Made by a program: the position numbers and the translations under genes. From positions 13,144,001 through 13,208,000 of the forward strand of contig NC_043014.1 in NCBI RefSeq assembly GCF_006345805.1: a stretch of DNA of 64,000 nt, written 5' to 3'. The notes below the pieces were generated by a model. The model made no database searches, had not been told where the DNA came from, and worked only from the letters and a program-made list of their open reading frames with translations. This document shows positions 1 to 12,364 of the stretch, one piece after another; the first letter of the stretch is position 1, and every line of letters starts with the position of its first letter. The DNA is from Octopus sinensis (taxonomy: Eukaryota).

Positions 1-605
1 GTTGTTGTCTCAACTTTGCTATATGGCTGTAAAACCTGGACTCTGTACCATCACAACACCCAAAAATTAGAACATTTTCATCAACAAAAGCTTCGCTCAA
101 TCTTGAGCATCAAACGGGAACACCATGGGACCAACAACAAAGTCGTGGAAAGAGCCAACAAAATATTGAATCGCAGATCATGAAACATCGTCCTCGGTGG
201 TCAGGACATGGAGCAAGAATGGAAGAGTCGAGGTTCCCATGTCAAGTCTTATTCAGTGAGTTAATTTCAGGTGAAAGACCACAGGATTATCCTCTTCAAA
301 GATACCAGGACCAACTCAAAGCAATAGTGAAAGCCACAGGAATTGAGCTTAAATCATTTGAAACACAAGCCAAAAACCGTACCAAGTGGCAGTGGTCCAG
401 CACTATTGGAACCGAAAACATCAAAACCACCAGAGAAAAGGAAGAAATCAAACAGTAGGAGAGAAAGGCTCAACAAAATCAACCACATCCTCCACCAACA
501 TAGTCATGCAGTCAATGCCATTGGCTCTTCTATGCAAGAATTGGTCTACAGACTCATCGACGGCATTACCATTCAGCAAGAAACATTCAGCAAAGAAGAA
601 AATAA
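1..605 (+). pseudogene. 3' end of a degenerate RTE (BovB-like) LINE ORF ending in a C2H2 zinc finger
   Basis: Frame 1 from base 1 reads VVVSTLLYGCKTWTLY (RTE LLYGCETW motif). After a frameshift, ORF 180-458 gives RWSGHGARM...SELISGERPQ. The same frame continues past two stops into CSQCHWLFYARIGLQTHRRH (507-566), the C2H2 finger typical of RTE-BovB C-termini. Confidence 0.85.
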
Positions 606-642
606 ATTTTCGGGTACAAGACAAAAGCCGCTGCCGATATAT

Positions 643-853
643 AAGGCAAGCTGGCAGAAACATTAGCATGCCGGGTGAAATGTTTAGTGGTATTTGGTCT
701 GTCTTTATGTTCTGAGTTGAAATTCTGCCAAGGTCGACTTTGCCTTTCGTCCTTTCAGGGTCGATAAATTAAGTACCAGTTGCGTACTGGAGTCGATCTA
801 ATCAACTGGCCCCCTCCCCCAAAATTTCGGGTCTCGTGCCTAGAGTAGAAAAG
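643..853 (+). mobile_element. SINE family A copy, CpG-decayed
   Basis: Matches the family seen many times in this window (gagctggcagaaacgttagcacgccgggcgaaatg...gttcaaattccgccgaggtcgactttgcctttcatcctttcggggtcgat). Most CpGs here are TpG/CpA. Confidence 0.85.
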
Positions 854-868
854 AAAGGATATATATAG

Positions 869-1140
869 CCAGTGCCGCCTCGACTGGCTTCCGTGCAGGT
901 GGCACGTAAAATGCACCAATCCGACCGTGGCCGATGCCAGCCTCGCCTGGCACCTGTGCAGGTGGCATGTAAAAAGCACCCACTACACTCACGGAGTGGT
1001 TGGCGTTAGGAAGGGCATCCAGCTGTAGAAACATTGCCAGATAAGACCGGAGCCTGGTGCAGCCTTCTGGCTTCTCAGATCCCCGGTCGAACCGTCCAAC
1101 CCATGCTAGCATGGAGAACGGACGTTAAACGATGATGATG

Positions 1141-1141
<1 letters not shown>
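869..1141 (+). mobile_element. RTE-type 3' tail element with tandem hairpin units and (GAT)n tail
   Basis: Two gtgc(a/c)ggtggca(c/t)gtaaaa units, then ggaagggcatccagctgtagaaac...cggacgttaaacgatgatgatgat. Near-identical tails occur at 2643, 8070, 12365 and 52678. Confidence 0.75.
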
Positions 1142-1179
<38 letters not shown>

Positions 1180-1429
1180 TACATAGAGAGAGAGACAAGA
1201 GACAGGGATACAATATCCAGGTGGGTACCATTCAAGTACTTAGTTGTAATCCAGGCCAAGGCCAACCACATCAAGCTGAAATGAGCACCTAGAATTACGA
1301 GAGATAAGCAATCCAACTGTATTTTATCCCATAGGTAAATCCAGAGTTCACTTATCTGGATTATGAATATTTAACCAAGTGTATATCCAATTCAGTAACA
1401 AAGAATATGGAGATTAGTACAACTGCATA

Positions 1430-1830
1430 ATTCTTGGTAAGTATCTTGCTTACCAACCACATGGTTCTAGGTTCTAGCCCCCCTGCATGGTTCTAGGTTC
1501 AGTCCCACTGCATAGCACCTTGGGCAAGTGTCTTCTACTATAACCTCGGGCTGACCAAAGCCTTGTGAGTGGATTTGGTAGACGGAAACTGAAAGAAGCC
1601 TGTCGTATATATGTATATATGTTTGTGTGTCTGTGTTTGTCCCCCCAACATCACTTGATAACCGATGCTGGTGTGTTTACGTCCCCATAACTTAGCGGTT
1701 CGACAAAAGGGACCAATAGAATAAGTACTAGGCTTACAAAGAATAAGTCCTGGGGTCGATTTGCTCGACTAAAGGCAGTGCTCCAGCATGGCCAAAGTCA
1801 AATGACTGAAACAAGTAAAAGAGTAAAAGA
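1430..1830 (+). mobile_element. tRNA-derived SINE family C (internal TA/TG microsatellite)
   Basis: Head ggtaagtatcttgcttaccaaccacatgg...ggttcagtccc (A/B-box-like), body ggatttggtagacggaaactgaaagaagcc, tail gaaacaagtaaaagagtaaaagag. More than 10 copies in the window. Confidence 0.85.
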
Positions 1831-2642
1831 GTATCCCTCTGGAGCCACCAGCAGCTAAGTGACCTCACTTGTGCTGGCACCATGAAACAAAAAAAAAATG
1901 CACCCATACATGCTGTAAGGTAAATGGAATTAAGGAGAGTATGAAGCCATAGAAACCATGCCAACGCAGACACTGGATAACACAGTGTAACACAATCTTT
2001 GTCTTTGGGTAGCAACTGTTTTTCCTATTTGCTTTCCCCAAAAAAGTATGAAAAATGGTTAATATTTCCTTTAAATTTTACTTTTGTTAGATTTATTCAA
2101 ACCCCAAAGAATCCCTCTCAACACATGATGCTCCCCTACTATTCCTGCTCAGAGATGTGCATATTGTCAGTCACTAAGGGACATGTTCAAGTGATTAAGG
2201 TCAAGCAACTGACAAGCAAACCTGTGGTATTGAGTAGGATATTTGCTGTAACACTATTTCTGCTTCAGCAACTCAGCGCTGAATGTGTCTGAAATGTAAT
2301 GGAAAATAGGTCAGTTTCAAAACAATGTCCAGGTCACAAAAGCAAAGGGGATAGTAGACATTTGCTTTGATTTCTAGATAGAAGCAAATAGGAAATAATA
2401 CTGACCAAATACAAAAAGAAATAAAAATATAATTTTTGTTACCAGATGCAGACCTCATGCCAATTGGATCCTGCCAAACTGTCCTCCACATGCCAGCATG
2501 GAACATGGATGTTAAATAATGATGACGATAATGGTATATTATGAGTGATCTCATGTTAGTAGGTCCAAATTAAAAAGCATGCTTATACAATGGTAGTACA
2601 GAGACAAACTTATTGTACTTAAATATAATACATTTTATTATA

Positions 2643-2905
2643 TACTGGCTTCCGTGCCAGTGGCACGTAAAATGCACCAACCGTTCGTGGCCGTTTGCCA
2701 GCTCCGTCTGGCTCCTGTGCGGGTGGCACGTAAAAAGCACCCACTACACTCACGGAGTGGTTGTCGTTAGGAAGGGCATCCAGCCGTAGAAACACTGCCA
2801 GATCAGACTGGGCCTGATGCAGCCTTCTGACTTCACAGACCCCAGTTGAACCGTCCAACCCACGCTAGCATGGAAAACGGACACTAAATGATGATGATGA
2901 TGATG
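2643..2905 (+). mobile_element. RTE-type 3' tail element
   Basis: Same sequence as 869-1141 and ends in (GAT)n. Confidence 0.75.
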
Positions 2906-3907
2906 ACAGAGAGTATAAGTTTCAAATCAAGGGTGCAAAAACCCAAACAATCATCAGATTGCATTGTCATCTCTTATGACCACAACCAAGACAACTCCAG
3001 TTGGGGTTGTAAAGCTCCAAAATACTTTAAGAAAGTGAGACTTATTTTGAAACTGTATAAAACATTCTGACTCGGAAGATAAGTATTTGATATCACAAGC
3101 CATATGTATATACATATGGTATGTATATCCTATATAACTGTAATCCAAGAGCATGTTCAGTGATTTTAGGAAGATCATTGTACACACAATATACAGGGTA
3201 TCCCAGAAGTAGTGCACCACTTTGGTTTTTTTAAAAGAATACACCCATATTGATTTCAAAAGCACTTTATTGAAATTAATCATAACAAATGCTCCAATTG
3301 AGCACCCTCTACAATAAAACATGCCGAGAAAATATAATAAAATAAGATGCTTTATTTTAAATGAAAACCAGAATGGCGCGTGACTTCTGGGACACCCTGT
3401 ATATAGCATTAAGGCAGCAAGCTGGCAGAAACATTAGCACGCTGGGTGAAATGCTTAGCAGTATTTTGTCTGTCTTTACTTTCTGAGATCAAATTCCACC
3501 GAGGTCAACTTTGTCTTTCATCCTTTCGGGGGTCGATAAATGAAGTACCAGTTGCTTACTGGTAAGAGAGTAAACTGTCCAACCATGCCAACATGGGAAA
3601 CAAAAGTTAAATGATAATGAAGTAACAACACAACGTGTGTGTGTGTGAATGCATGTTTATGTCTCAGAGTGTCTTTGCATCAACATAAGCCTGAAGTCAG
3701 TGACATTTGTGTCACAGTTCAATAAGTGAAGACCAGTAGAATAAAGCGAGCACTAACATCAAAAAGAGCATCGGCATCATCATTTAATGTACACTCTTCC
3801 ATGCTTGCATGGGTTGGATGGAGTTTGAGACAGACTTTCTATAGCAGGATGCTCTTCCAGTTGCCAACTCTTACCTATTTACAAGGAAGATAATATAATA
3901 TTTTTAG

Positions 3908-4140
3908 GGCAGCGAGCTGGCAGAATCAGTAGCACGCCGGGCAAAATGCTTAGCGGTATTTCGTCTGCCGCTACGTTCTGAGTTCAAATTCCACCAAGGT
4001 TGACTTTGCCTTTCATCCTTTTGGGGTCGATTAAATAAGTACCAGTTATGCACTGGGGTCGATATAATTGACTTAATCCATTTATCTGTCCTTGTTTGTC
4101 CTCTCTGTGTTTAGCTCCTTGTGAGCAGTAAAGAAATAGG
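3908..4140 (+). mobile_element. SINE family A copy
   Basis: Full head ggcagcgagctggcag to tail gtaaagaaatagg. Confidence 0.85.
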
Positions 4141-5388
4141 TAATATAATATTTTCTTATGGCCAGACAGGTTTTTGCAAAATACTGGAAATGAAGAACAC
4201 TGTAAGACAGTGACATTCATTTACAACTATCATCTGATGTCAAGATAAAGAGACACAAACACACACATCTGTATATATAAAAGGCAGGATGTGTGTGTGT
4301 GTGTACGTGAATGTAATTTATGCACGTCCACAAATTAGCACGCATGTCGCTCCAATTTTAGGAGGACATTCGTTATGACCCTAGCTGTATTTTCGTCAAC
4401 TTATTTTTCCCAGAGGCACCAGTGAATAGCAGTAAAAATAAATTTTCAACCAAAACTTTTAACAATTTTCAAGTCGGAGAAATCCCCATTGTTAAGTCCC
4501 CTTCTAGAGACGAGTAAGTTTTTGTTAAGACTTTTGTTGTTTCTTTTCCATTTAGCTTAAAAATCCCAGATCATCATTATTTAACATTTGTTCTCCATGC
4601 TAGACAGTTTGACAGGAACTGTCCTGCTGGAGTGCAATCTGGGCTCCATTTTGCCTGCCTTGGCATGGTTCTTACAGCTGGATGCCCTTCCTAACACCAA
4701 CCACTTTACAGAGCGGACTGGGTCACTTGTTATGTGACACCAGCACCAGCACAGGTGCTTTTACATAGCACTGCTACAGCATGGCCACTGTCAAATGACA
4801 AAAACAAGTAACAGAATAAAAGAAAATATATTCTTTCCTTCTCTCTATCCTTATTTTTACACTCAACTAAAACACTATCCAGTAATTTTTATCCCAATGT
4901 TTTTGTATTAAGTTTCTCGCATTATGCTGTAAACAAATACAATAATAGGAGACAAATGTTTATATGTTGAAACAAAATAATGAGTTTTAAGTCCAAGATT
5001 TGAATTGTAATTTGAAGACCATCATAAAAGCAGTTTCAGGCAAGTTGGCAATTTTATGGCACACATAGGAAACCCAATATAATATTTCTAGCTGTAATAA
5101 GCTTTAACTATTGTGAATATATTTGACATGCTTTTATTTCAGGAATAATCAAAAATATTTAGTTCATTTAAAAAAGTAAATGCTTAATGAATGCTAGTAA
5201 TTAAATCATAAATTAACTAGCATTGTTCTAATTGGGAACATCATATAAATTCAGAAATTAATTGTACTTATTATCTCTCTCATATATATATACACACACA
5301 CACACACACATTTACCAAGGCAGTGCTCCAGCATGGCATAATCAAATGACAAACAAGTAAAAGAATACATACACATTCATACATAAAT

Positions 5389-5496
5389 GCATATACACAC
5401 ACACACAAATACATACAAATACACAAATACATACAAATACACACATACATACAAATACACACATACATACAAATACACACATACATACAAATACAC

Positions 5497-5527
<31 letters not shown>

Positions 5528-5560
5528 AATACACACATACATACAAACAAATACACACAC
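5389..5560. repeat. Compound (CA)n/(TACA)n microsatellite
   Basis: Visible directly. It is the source of the spurious MYVC/HTYI ORFs. Confidence 0.95.
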
Positions 5561-5889
5561 ACTAAGCTAAACATTAATGATTTGGAAATACAGCCCTTAT
5601 TCCCTGGGGAAAGGTATGGTATATGCATTTTGGACAGGATGATAGTGTTAGCTATGATGGACCCATCAAAAAAACAGAGGACGAAGAATGAGTAGAGTAC
5701 AAGATGCATATTGCCCATAACACGTTTGCAGTGCTAATCCTCATGCTCACATTTGGCCTTCTAAGCTGGTCACTACAAGAGCTCAACAAGATAAACATGA
5801 ACTTGCAAGCTGCTCAGTGTTACTGGAAACTTCAACATCAAGATGTAGATAAGCTATATTTTCCATACAAAGATGGTGTCTGCAGTCTT

Positions 5890-6240
5890 ATAATATAATA
5901 ATGAAATTATTGTATACAGTGCTCAGGTGCACCACAACTTGTCAAAAGTGTGTATAAAGCATATGCAGTAATGTACAAATGTCTGGAAAGCGAACAGTGT
6001 ATGAGTCAGAGACATGCTTGCGTGTGTATGGAGGGGAGAAAATCAGGTGTAGTGTTGGCGAATCTCAGGAAGTATGGAAGTTTTGAAGGATGCAGTGCTC
6101 TGACAAATAACAACTGATGTCGGCAGCTTGTTCCATATTTCAGCAACTCTTAGCGTGGAAAAATGTTTCGGAAAGTCATGGGAGCTGTGCTGTTTTCTGA
6201 CTTTGTAAACATGTCCACAGGTGTTAGACAGGTGGAGTCA
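5890..6240 (-). pseudogene. CR1-clade LINE 3' end
   Basis: Minus strand reads NTCGHVYKVRKQHSSHDFPKHFSTLRVAEIWNKLPTSVVICQSTASFKTSI (CR1 TRGH..K...RV...WN.LP..VV....SFK motif), followed by a 3' UTR ending in an (ATT)-like tail. Confidence 0.8.
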
Positions 6241-6487
6241 GATGAAGCACTAATTATGATATTGAAGCAACATCTGCAGCAGAGGAAAGAAGCATGAAGT
6301 AAGAGCTAATGCAGATCTCTCCCCAATGAACATTGGTAGATTCTACCTATCGCAACAACAAAATGAAATAAGAAACGAAACAGATAATACATGGGTACTT
6401 GACGTGAAGGACACAAACCATAAAGGAAATAAATAATATCAAAAAATTGGTATGGAGTACTAACAAGTTTACATCATCCCACTTTAA

Positions 6488-7005
6488 CCCTTTCGTTACC
6501 AACCCGGCTGAAACCAGCTCTGGTTCTGAGTACAAACGTCTTGTTTTCATAAGTTTTGAATTAAAATCTTCTATCAAACCTTAGTCACAATTTATGTTCC
6601 TAACACTAGATGAATGATAACTAAATTATTTTACTAAATTCTTGTTATATTTAAAATAATTGAAAGAAACACAGAGCATTTTGTTTATTTTTAGAATGAC
6701 AATGTAGGGTGTATGTGTGAGGGGTGAGTTCGGGCCAGTTTGAACATAAAACTGATAGAATATGGCTGGATATGACTGGTTTAACCCTTTCATTACCAAT
6801 CCAGCTGAAACTGGCTCTGGCTCTATAGTACAAATGTCTTGCTTTCATAAGTTCTGAATTAAAATCTTCCACCAAACCTTAGTCACAATTTATGTTCCTA
6901 ACACTAGCTGAATGATAACTAAATTATTTTATCAAATTTTTTGTTGTATTTAAAGTAATTGAAAGAAAAACAGAGCATCTCAAAATAAATACAGTAACGA
7001 AAGGG
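6488..7005. mobile_element. Two adjacent piggyBac-like MITE copies (partial 6488-6679, complete 6785-7005)
   Basis: Both start TTAA|CCCTTTC(g/a)TTAC. The second ends GTAACGAAAGGG|TGAA (TIR plus degenerate TTAA). About 190 bp of body is shared. Confidence 0.75.
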
Positions 7006-7009
7006 TGAA

Positions 7010-7480
7010 AGGCTACCTCCATACAATTCAAAAGAAATCTTCCACCAAATACCTGCAACACAAAAGGCAGAAAACACTGACAGACAACAAATGTAGGCTG
7101 TGTAAAACTAAAACTGAAGACATCAACCACATTATTGACAAATGAGAAAATGTTTTCTAAATATTATCTTCCCATGAGGCATGGTGCAGTGGCTAGAACA
7201 ATCTGGAACAAAATAAGAAAATAGAAAATATCCGCAAAGTCAATTATATTAATCAATAAGAGTATTATGTTAATCAATGATATTATATTAAGCGATAAGA
7301 ATATTAGTGAAAGTTAAAAGAGCCACCAAAACAAAACACAACAGACCATTTATTGTTGTGTAGGACCACAAGAATAAAAATTGCTCATTGTAGAAACTAG
7401 CTGTACTATGGACACCAAAGTGGTTAGAAAATACAAGAGAAATATAGACACACACGGCTAAGTTATTTTAGGTTCTGTCT
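7010..7480 (+). pseudogene. Decayed RLE-type (R2-superfamily) non-LTR fragment
   Basis: Reads TDNKCRLCKTKTEDINHII ... YYLPMRHGAVARTIWN (CCHC knuckle plus RHD motif), then KTKHNRP.IVV-like PD endonuclease region, with frameshifts. Confidence 0.55.
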
Positions 7481-8069
7481 ACTAAAGCCACTCACTAGGT
7501 AATGGTCAGTCTGGAGCTATATAGAGGACACTTGCCAAAGTGTTGTGCAGTGGGACTGAACCCAAGGATACACGGTGGGGAAGCAAGCTTCTCAACCACA
7601 GAGCCACACATGTACCTTTTCATGAAGTGTTTTGAATTTAGGTGAGATTGTATGGTAAGAAGCTTGCTTCTAAACCACATAGTTCTGGGTTCAGTCCCAC
7701 TGCATGGCACTTTGAGCAAGTGTCTTCTACTATAGCCTTAAGCTTTGGGCCTTGAGAGTGGATTTGGTAGATGGAAACTGAAAGAAGCCCATTGTGTGTG
7801 TGTGTGTGTGTTCCACCACTGCTTAACAACCAGTGTTGGTGTGTTTATGTCACCGTAACTTAGCAATTTGGCAAAAGAGATTGATAAAATAAGTACCAAG
7901 CTTAAAAGAAAAAAAATATGTATGGGGGTCGATTCATTTGACTAAAAAGTCAAGAAGTGCTCCAGCATGGCTGCAATCTATTGACTGAAACAAGACAATA
8001 CACACATACATACATACATGCGCACACACAAATATATATATATTAAATCAATGGAAATAGTAGTTGTGA

Positions 8070-8460
8070 TACCTGTGCCGGTGGCACATAAAAAGCACCA
8101 TCCGAACGTGGCTGATGCCAGCACCGCCTTGACTGGCTTCTGTGCTGGTGGCACATAAAAAGCACCATCTAAACGTGGCTGACGCCAGTGCTGCCTTGGC
8201 TGGCTTCTGTGCCGGTGGCACATTAAAAGCTTCAACCGATCGTGGCCGATGCCAGACCCCCCTGGCACCTGTGCCGGTGGCACGTAAAAATCCCCCACTA
8301 CACTCGCGGAGTGGTTGGCGTTAGGTAGGGCATCCAGCTGTAGAAACACTGCCAGATCAGACTTGAGCCTGGTGCAGACCCTGGCTTCCCAGACCCCGGT
8401 CGAACCGCCCAACCCATGCTAGCACGGAAAACGGATGTTAAACGATGATGATGACGATGA
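8070..8460 (+). mobile_element. RTE-type 3' tail element with four tandem ~60-66 bp units
   Basis: Four ctgtgc(c/t)ggtggcac units precede the conserved tail and (GAT)n. Confidence 0.75.
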
Positions 8461-9033
8461 TTAAATTCAAATTATGATGAATGTAAACAAACAAAGTTTG
8501 CTTTAGAACCATTGAGATGTCTTAGAAAGTTAAAGAAGTGATTTTAAATTCTCAAACGCAGGATAATGCTAATAATATAGCCTGAACAGGATAAGCTACC
8601 CCTATTTTTGCAGAAAAATGTGTTGGCGGCCGGCTATGAGACTCGAATTCACACCTCCATGATTACGCGTCACAATGCTCTGAACCATTAAGCTAAACCG
8701 TGGTGTGAGTGGTGGTTTAGTTTAAAATATATATACATATATATATTTTCATCGTTTTAAAATTTCATTAACCTGTTTCGGTCATTGAAACCATGTCTGC
8801 TGTAAAGATGTATTTAACAAGCAGGTAAAGGTTGGTGACATAAAGAGCATCCAGCCATAGAAAACTTTTCATCAATTACGCCCCCACCAACACCACTATC
8901 GAAGTCATACTAGCATGGAAAAACAGACACAAAACTATAAAAGACAACAACTGCTGATTTCCTCCACAAAATCGGAATAACTGAGACTTATCTGAAAAAT
9001 AGTAGTTTGTCTGTCGATGCAACAAAGACAATC

Positions 9034-9563
9034 TAGAATGTGTCATAAAAAACATCTTTTACTCTAGGCATTTTTGAGAAAAGCTTATATTTACGAAGTT
9101 ATTTCATGTTAAAGTTCTCGTATTTCGGTAATTTCAACCAATCAATGACGTGTATTCAGCTGAATAAAATTACTGCCGTTGTTTGTCAAAAACAACTATC
9201 GGCGGTGTATATTTCGTTTGTCACTGTTATTTATGACATCGTTCGTGCATTTGTACTGGTTTTGAGATTAGGGTTAGGATATTAGGGTTGTCATAAATAA
9301 TAGTGACAAATTAAATATACACCACTGATAGTTGTTGACAAACAACAGCAGTAATTTTTATTCAGCTGAATACACGTAATTGATTGGTTGAAATTACCGA
9401 AATACTACAACTTTAAGCTGAAATAACTTCGTAAATATAAGTTTTTCTCTAAAACACTAAGAGTAAGATGTTTTATATGACACATTCTACCAGTATCCGA
9501 AGTTTGAAAGTGTTCAGTTACAAAAAATTATTTTTTAAATCTGTCGGTCAAAAGGTAAAGATC
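9034..9563. mobile_element. Foldback MITE with ~200 bp inverted arms
   Basis: 9034-9238 is the imperfect reverse complement of 9289-9489. The 50-bp spacer carries TTAGGG copies. The right terminus ggtcaaaaggtaaagatc resembles the GGATC-TIR MITEs at 29.8-36.7 kb. Confidence 0.8.
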
Positions 9564-10318
9564 TGAGTGTTTTTTTCTTCTTGTATAAGTAGGTTGTTAA
9601 TAATATTTTTAGCGTTAAGGTGAAGAGCTGGCAGAAACATTAGCACACCAGGCAAAATGCTTAACAGTATTTTGTCTGTCTTTACATTCTGAGTTCAAAT
9701 TCCACCGAGGTCAACTTTGCCTTTCATCCTTTCAAGAGTCAATAAATTAAGTACCAGTTGCATACTGGGGTCGATCTAATCAACTAGCCTTGTTGATTTG
9801 GGGCCTTGTGCCTAGAGTAGAGTGTTTTTTCTTTCTTTTCTTCCTGTAAAAGTAGGTTGTTAATAAAATGCGATTTGGAAGAGAAAAAAAAAAGAAGAAA
9901 CTTAAATAGCAATTACAGATGACCGATAGAGGTAACCAGAAAATATGTGAGCGATAAAGAATTAGCATGCAGCTAACAGGAGAGAGAGAGAGAGTGCCAG
10001 ACAGCAGTGAATTAATATTTAGCACAAGGTGGATTGCCAAAGGTGATAGGAATATCAGAAAGCAGTGAATATGTGAGCATTGGTATGTAGAGCAGAGTGG
10101 ATAGCAAAAGTTGATAAGAAAACCACAAAAGGTCTGCATTGGTATGTAGTAGTAGAGTTAAGCAAGTCGTAGATTTCAGCAATTAGGCTGTGGCCATGCT
10201 GGGGCACCACCTTGAATTTTTAGTCAAATGAATGAATTGACTCCAGCACTTCTTTTTAAAGTCTTGTACTTATATCAGTCTCTCTTGCTGAACTTCAAAG
10301 TTACAGGGATGCAAGCAG

Positions 10319-10351
<33 letters not shown>

Positions 10352-10887
10352 CATATACACATATATATGTATGACGGGCTTCTTTCAGCTTCCATCTACC
10401 AAATCCACTCTCAAGGCCCAAAGCTTAAGGCTATAGTAAAAGACACTTGCTCAAAGTGCCATGCAGTGTGGCTGAACCTAGAACCATGTGGTTGGGAAGC
10501 AAGCTTCTTACCACATAGCCATGCCTGCACCTTGGTTATTGAGGAAAAAAATCCTTCAATGACAGACTATTTTGTAATTTAAGAAGAGATTCTAACTAAT
10601 TTTATTTCATGTTTTTAGCACTACACAATCCATCCGTCCATTTCCTCCACTCATCATTCCTGGGAGGGTTGTTTGGACAGAGTTCTTAGATGCCTACCAG
10701 AAGCAACCATTATTACACTTTCTGGCTGGATTCTCAAACATGACTAACTGAGATTATGGATATTATTGAACCATTATATATTATGAACTTTGTGTTTTCC
10801 TTTGTGGATGAACCTTTGATCCATAGAAAAACTGTCTTGCATGAAACCGGTCTTTGGTGCAAAAAAGGTTGGAGACCATTGCATTAA

Positions 10888-11421
10888 CTCCTTTGTTACC
10901 ATATTTCTGTTGAGATGCTCTGTTTCTTTCAATTAATTTTAAATATAACAAAGAATTTAGTAAAATAACTTAGTTATTGTGGAGGCACATGGCCTAGTGG
11001 TTAGAGCAGTGGACTTGCAGTCAAGGGATCGCGGGTTCGAATCTCAGACCAGGCGATGTGTGTGTTTATGAGCGAAACACCTAAGCTCCACGTGGCTCCG
11101 GCAGAAAGTAATGGCGAACTTCTGCTGACTCTTTCGCAACAACTTTCTCTCACTCTTTCCTCCTGCACCTTGCAGCTCACCTGCAACGGACCGGCGTCCT
11201 GTCCAGGTGGGGAACCTATATGCCAAGGAAACCGGGAAACCAGCCCTTATGAGCTAGGTGTGGCTCAAGAAGGAACAAACAACTTAGTTATCATTAAGTT
11301 AGTGTTAGGAACATAAATTGTGACTAAGATTTGATGGAAGATTTTAATTCTGAACTTTTGAAAACGAGACATTTGCAAGACAGCGCCAGAGGCGTTTTCA
11401 TGTGGGTTGGTATCTTAAGGG
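10888..11421. mobile_element. piggyBac-like MITE (family of 6785, opposite orientation) interrupted by a SINE
   Basis: TTAA on both sides (10884-10887, 11422-11425). The body is the reverse complement of 6785-7005. Confidence 0.75.
10978..11280 (+). mobile_element. tRNA-derived SINE family B
   Basis: A box tggcctagtgg, B box gggttcgaatct; 11-bp TSD AACTTAGTTAT (10967-10977 and 11281-11291). Confidence 0.9.
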
Positions 11422-11513
11422 TTAAAGCTTGTAATATGGACCCAACTTTGTATAAAGGACCCAAGGTAAATTTTCAAGACATTTTCCTTGAAAAAAAATG
11501 TGCATCTTATATG

Positions 11514-11966
11514 TCTTGAGACAGCATTCACCCGGGGTGGGTTGAGCTGGCTTCATTCATCCTCAATGCTGCATCTCTCACAAACGCTGACCAGACCTGG
11601 CAATTTTGAGGCTAACGACCGCGTGATCTCCAACCACTCCTTATTCCAGCAGCAAACGCCGTAGATATGGGGGCCTAGGTTAGGTTCCAGATCAGCCTTG
11701 ACTGTCATCAGCCAGGTTTTTCGTTGTCCACCACATCGCTTTCGCCAACCCTGAAGGGGAGCTGGGGCAACTGCTTCATAGATGAATTCTCCTGGTTGAC
11801 GACGGAGGGCATGACCCAGCCAATGCAGACGTCTCGTTATGATGACTTATCGGAGGGAGGTGATTCTGCACTGGTGTCGCACCGAATTGTTGGAGACAAA
11901 GTGATACCATCAAACATGAAGGATGCAGCATAGAGGTGATCGAAGGATTCTAGTCGCTTAATAGTC
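11514..11966 (-). pseudogene. 5'-truncated RTE LINE 3' end inserted in a pogo-like MITE remnant
   Basis: Minus strand reads RRLHWLGHALRRQPGEFIYEAVAPAPLQGWRKRCGGQRKTWLMTVKADLE; 12-bp TSD GCATCTTATATG (11502-11513 and 11967-11978). Confidence 0.85.
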
Positions 11967-12364
11967 GCATCTTATATGCCACCAAATACAGTATTAGCCA
12001 ATGAAAAATTTCAATGATCCATACAAAAATCAGATCATCATCATGCATCCCCCATCAAAAAGATAACCAAAGGAATAAGTTCTACTCCAAAGATTTATTA
12101 AAAAAAAAAAAAAAATTCAGCTACAGAGAAGGACCATCTAATCATTAAAATAGTATCAACCTCTAGAAATTAGTCCTTCTTTATATAAGAGTCTGTGGTG
12201 TTTCTTTTTAATCTTGCCATTTTGATTACTTTATTAATAATGTCTATATCAATCAGTGTGCTGTTGCCATGCTGGGCACCAAAATGATGACCATTTTTGC
12301 TTTTTCCCCCTTTCTCTTAATTCATGTTCCTTAAAAGTTATTGTATAATCAAGTTATATATACA

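Noticed and set aside
8070-8290. Repeat-spacer look resembling a CRISPR array
   Set aside because: The linkers are homologous to each other, the array lies inside a retroposon tail, the DNA is eukaryotic and there are no cas genes.
10978-11060. tRNA-like sequence (also heads at 25620, 32290 and 32630)
   Set aside because: It runs into a SINE body and is bounded by TSDs, so it is a SINE head rather than a tRNA gene.
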